This document shows, piece after piece, positions 59,768 through 64,000 of a DNA stretch of 64,000 nucleotides. The translations under genes and the position numbers were made by a program. The stretch's first letter is position 1. Each line of letters starts with the position of its first letter. The stretch is from assembly GCF_004010195.1 (NCBI RefSeq), contig NC_057749.1, positions 17,781,597 to 17,845,596 of the forward strand, in the 5' to 3' direction. The DNA comes from Chiloscyllium plagiosum (taxonomy: Eukaryota). The notes beneath the pieces were generated by a model. It did no database searches. It was not told the origin of the DNA and was given only the letters and a program-made list of their open reading frames with translations.

Positions 59768-60653
59768 NNNNNNNNNNNNNNNNNNNNNNNNNNNNNNNNN
59801 NNNNNNNNNNNNNNNNNNNNNNNNNNNNNNNNNNNNNNNNNNNNNNNNNNNNNNNNNNNNNNNNNNNNNNNNNNNNNNNNNNNNNNNNNNNNNNNNNNNN
59901 NNNNNNNNNNNNNNNNNNNNNNNNNNNNNNNNNNNNNNNNNNNNNNNNNNNNNNNNNNNNNNNNNNNNNNNNNNNNNNNNNNNNNNNNNNNNNNNNNNNN
60001 NNNNNNNNNNNNNNNNNNNNNNNNNNNNNNNNNNNNNNNNNNNNNNNNNNNNNNNNNNNNNNNNNNNNNNNNNNNNNNNNNNNNNNNNNNNNNNNNNNNN
60101 NNNNNNNNNNNNNNNNNNNNNNNNNNNNNNNNNNNNNNNNNNNNNNNNNNNNNNNNNNNNNNNNNNNNNNNNNNNNNNNNNNNNNNNNNNNNNNNNNNNN
60201 NNNNNNNNNNNNNNNNNNNNNNNNNNNNNNNNNNNNNNNNNNNNNNNNNNNNNNNNNNNNNNNNNNNNNNNNNNNNNNNNNNNNNNNNNNNNNNNNNNNN
60301 NNNNNNNNNNNNNNNNNNNNNNNNNNNNNNNNNNNNNNNNNNNNNNNNNNNNNNNNNNNNNNNNNNNNNNNNNNNNNNNNNNNNNNNNNNNNNNNNNNNN
60401 NNNNNNNNNNNNNNNNNNNNNNNNNNNNNNNNNNNNNNNNNNNNNNNNNNNNNNNNNNNNNNNNNNNNNNNNNNNNNNNNNNNNNNNNNNNNNNNNNNNN
60501 NNNNNNNNNNNNNNNNNNNNNNNNNNNNNNNNNNNNNNNNNNNNNNNNNNNNNNNNNNNNNNNNNNNNNNNNNNNNNNNNNNNNNNNNNNNNNNNNNNNN
60601 NNNNNNNNNNNNNNNNNNNNNNNNNNNNNNNNNNNNNNNNNNNNNNNNNNNNN

Positions 60654-61050
60654 CCTCTCTCATCCTAAACTTATGCCCTCTAGTTCTGGACTCCCCCACC
60701 CCAGGGAAAAGACTTTGTCTATTTGTCCTATAATACCCCTCATAATTTTGTAAACCCCTCGATAAGGTCACCCTTCAGCCTCCGACGCTCCAGGTAAAAC
60801 AGCCTTAGCCTGTTCAGCCTCTCCTTATAGCTGTAACCCTCCAACCCTGGCAACATCCTTGTAAATCTTTTCTGAACCCTTTCAAGTTTCACAACATCTT
60901 TCCAATAGGAAGGAGACCAGAATTGCACGCAATATTCCAACAGTGGCCTAACCAATGTCCTGTACAGACGCAACATGACCTCCCAATTCCTGCACTCAAT
61001 ACTCTGGCAAATAAAGGAAAGCATACCAAACGCCTTCTTCACTATCCTAT
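60654..61050 (-). mobile_element. HER1/CR1 LINE RT C-terminal fragment
   Basis: ORF 60740..61246 ...VMLRLYRTLVRPLLEYCVQFWSPSYWKDVVKLERVQKRFTRMLPGLEG. Confidence 0.95.
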
Positions 61051-61059
61051 CTACCTGCA

Positions 61060-61410
61060 ACTCTACCTTCAATGAAATGTTGATTAGATTAGGCCTGTAC
61101 TCATTGGAGTTGAGAAGAATACGAGGTTTCTTTACTGAATCAGGCCTGTCAACTCCTCTCAGAGGTTTGTCACTGTTGAAAGATTGTTTGCCCTTGTGGG
61201 AGAGCCTTGGACCAGAAGAGACCATCATCTCAGAATAAATGGCCATCCATTGAGGACAAAGATGAGGAATTTCTCCTCTCAGAAGGTAATGAATCTGTGG
61301 AATTCTTTCCCACAGAGGGATATCGAGGCTGGGTCATTCAGTATGGTCAAGGCTGAGACAGACAGATTTTTAATCAGGAAGGGAATCAAGGATCATGGGG
61401 AAAGGGCTCA
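61060..61410 (+). mobile_element. CR1 3' end (opposite orientation)
   Basis: RLGLYSLELRRIRG and KMRNFSSQKVMNLWNSFPQR. Confidence 0.8.
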
Positions 61411-62174
61411 GAGTGACACAGTGAGGGAGGAAGGGCTGAGAGTGAGGGAGGGAGAGATCAGAGTGAGCGGGCTCTCTGACAGTGAGTGAGAGGAATGTGA
61501 GAATACAGCCGAGTACAGGCTCTGAGCACACTGTGTCTCTTGCTGTGATGTTCCAGTGAGCGTTACTGGGGCAACCCAAGCTACAGTATTGAAGGGCAGA
61601 TTGTCCTGGAAGTGGATCAGAGATGGACCATGAGGGTTCTCTGGGGCTGTCCCTGTCTACGGGTATGGCCTGTGTGTGTCTGGTGACCATGGAGTGTGTG
61701 CTGAGATGTTGGTGTTCAGTGTCTAACACAGAGATCTGTGTGAGCAGGTGGGGAGCTGAAATCACTAAGTTCCCATTCTGGCTCCCATGTCAAGATTTGC
61801 AGCATTGAGTTTGTTTGATGTTTTTGGTGAGACAGGAAGCTGAATATTAATGAGCTGCATTGAGCTGTTAACTCACTCTGCCTCACGGGAAAGTCAACAG
61901 AAGCATCAAAGATGGATTGGATGTTCCTGGTGTCGTGAGGTCTCTCTCTGGACCTCTTGGGGATTCTGCTAAAAGTCTCAGCTGAGTCGATGCTCCTCAT
62001 AGCCCTATCAAATTCCACCCACCATCTTTACAGCGACCACTGCCCACCTGCCAGTATCTCACAGAGCGATGGTGATTGAGGAAGCAGCCTGGATCTCTGA
62101 CTGGACCATCATGCAGTGATGATGGCATAGAGTTCAGAGTGTGGTGAAGGACAAGGACAGAACCCCCCCCCCCC

Positions 62175-63100
62175 CCCCCCCACTCCTGGTCCTCACCTTC
62201 CACCCCACCAACCTCCGCATATAACGTATCATCTCTATTTCCTCCACCTCCAAACGGACCCCATCACCAGAGATAGATTTCCATCCCCACCCCTATCAGC
62301 GTTCCAGAGAGACCATTCCCTCCATGACTCCCTCATCAGGTCCACACACCCCACCAGCCCATACCTTACTCCTGGCACCTTTCCCTGCCACTGCAGGAAG
62401 TGCAGAACCTGCACCCACACCACTCCCCTCACCTCCATCCAAGGCCCCAAGGGATCCTTCCACATCGGTTGGAAATTTACCTGTACCTTTACTAATGTCA
62501 TCTATTGCATCCGTTGCACCCGGTGTGGTCTCCTCTACATCAGGGACACAGGACGCCTTCTTGTGGATCGTTTCAGAGAAATCTCTGGGACACCTGCACC
62601 CACCAGCCCCACTGCCCCGTGGCTGAACACTTCAACTCCCCCTCCCACTCCGTCAAGGACATACAGATCCTGGGCCTCCTCCACCGCCGAACCCTTACCA
62701 CCCAATGCCTGGAGGAGGAACGCCTCATCTTCCGCCTTAAGACCCTGCAACCACATGGGATAAATGTGGATTTCAACAGCTTCCTCATTTCCCCATCCCC
62801 TAACATTATCCCAGTCCCAAGCCTCCAACTCGGCACTGCCTTCCGGACCCATCACTCCCCCCCTGACCTGTCACCTTCTCCCTCACCTTTATCCACCTAT
62901 TGCTTTCCCAGCTACCTCCCTCCAATCCCAGCCCCCTCCCATTTATCTCTCAGCCCCCTTGGCCCACAAGCCTCATTCCTGATGAAGGGCTTATGCCCGA
63001 AACGTCGACTCTCCTGCTCCTCGGATGCTGCCTGACCTGCTGCGCTTTTCCAGCACCACACTCTCGACTCTGATCTCCAACATCTGCAGTCCTCACTTTC
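62175..63100 (+). mobile_element. Penelope-like element (family A, Neptune-like) 3' part: Cys-rich linker + GIY-YIG endonuclease + terminus
   Basis: PGTFPCHCRKCRTC...FTC...VIYCIRCTRCGLLYI..TGR and VAEHFNSPSHS..QCLEEERLIFRLKTLQPHGINVDF. Confidence 0.92.
62977..63008 (+). ncRNA. Minimal type I hammerhead ribozyme motif (PLE family A)
   Basis: tc-CTGATGA-A-GGGC-ttat-GCCC-GAAA-C-GTC-ga. Confidence 0.7.
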
Positions 63101-64000
63101 CCCTCTGTGGCATAGAGTTCCCCAGATGGAGAAACCTTTTCCATCAGATGATGGGTTTTTGGGCTGCTACATGGGATCCTGCCTCTTGGAGACTTCAGGT
63201 GACCATCATTGGACCAAAACTCTCTCATTGTGAGCAGCGATTTCCCCTGGTTTTCAGGAAGCCGAGGGCAAGAACAGTCAGCGACTTCACATCTCGGCAG
63301 AGCCCTCTACAATCAGCAGGGGCTGTGTTAAAGTAGAAATGAGCGTTTCCTTATGTCAGTCCCATTCACCCAGGAAGGAATGGGTTAAAATAATCACACC
63401 TGATTAAAATCAGTGACATGCAGATATAGCAATCACTGATCCCTTCTGACAAACACAGCAACATGAGTAAAATAAGGAGCCTACACTTACTGAATAGGAT
63501 AAAAATGATACAATTAAGAAACCTTTATTACTACAATCAGAACTGGCCTGAAGGCAACAGCCTGAATTTCAGATGCATTCATTGCTTATCACTCCTGTTA
63601 TAGAACTGGCCCCATCTTCCTAATGACACCAGTGTCACCATCTTCCAAGAGAAATAGCTTCCACTCTTCAACGAGTCTCTGGAGATGAATATTGTAACTT
63701 TTTTTTATGATGTGAAATTAGCTGTCTAGGCTTCTGGGCAATTTATAGATGGAAGATCCTTATATATCACGGAGGCGAATGACAATAAAATGTGCATTAT
63801 ACTTAGCAATTTAAATTTTTGTCAAAATGCATTTGGTGCTGGTTAGTCAAGCACAGATGGGACATTCAATTTGAGTTGATTCGAGGTTCCACTAGCTTCC
63901 TTGAGAAGGGTGTTTGTGCCTCCAAATCTGATCATACACTTTCCTCATTCTTCCTTCACCCAGACTACCTGCTTGTCCACAACAGCACCAGTTTACCAAA

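Noticed and set aside
57571..60771. 1066-aa and 805-aa ORFs
   Set aside because: Artefacts of a stop-free 30-bp tandem repeat plus N gaps; there is no gene context.
61850..62100. Minus-strand exon candidate ending in a GTGAGT donor
   Set aside because: There is no adequate polypyrimidine acceptor and no recognisable peptide.

Overview
Repeat-dense vertebrate genomic DNA with four assembly gaps (9675-10174, 23230-23901, 57699-58198, 59768-60653). The repeat content (HE1-type V-SINEs, HER1/CR1 LINEs, SacSINE1/DeuSINE-like relics) points to a cartilaginous fish, most likely a shark; this is inference from family resemblance, not a database search. I could not identify any host protein-coding gene. 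A few splice-site-bounded segments are only weak exon candidates, so the window reads as intronic or intergenic. The largest feature is a full-length but decayed ~7.0 kb Ty3/gypsy LTR retrotransposon (18236-25249) with paired LTRs, a CTAT target-site duplication (TSD), a polypurine tract and a tRNA-Pro PBS remnant. It has the unusual Gmr1-type order PR-IN-RT-RH and a SCAN-like Gag segment. It sits inside a Rex1/Babar LINE and itself carries an HE1 SINE. The window also holds many Penelope-like element (PLE) fragments from at least four families. Their termini carry minimal type I hammerhead ribozyme motifs, with a conserved CUGANGA/GAAA core and compensatory stem changes between families. Several PLE-end copies are inserted as short self-complementary elements with 10-14 bp TSDs. 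There are three satellite types (about 69, 28 and 30 bp); two appear to derive from neighbouring sequence (a CR1 3' end and the 69-mer). Coordinates of degraded repeats are approximate.
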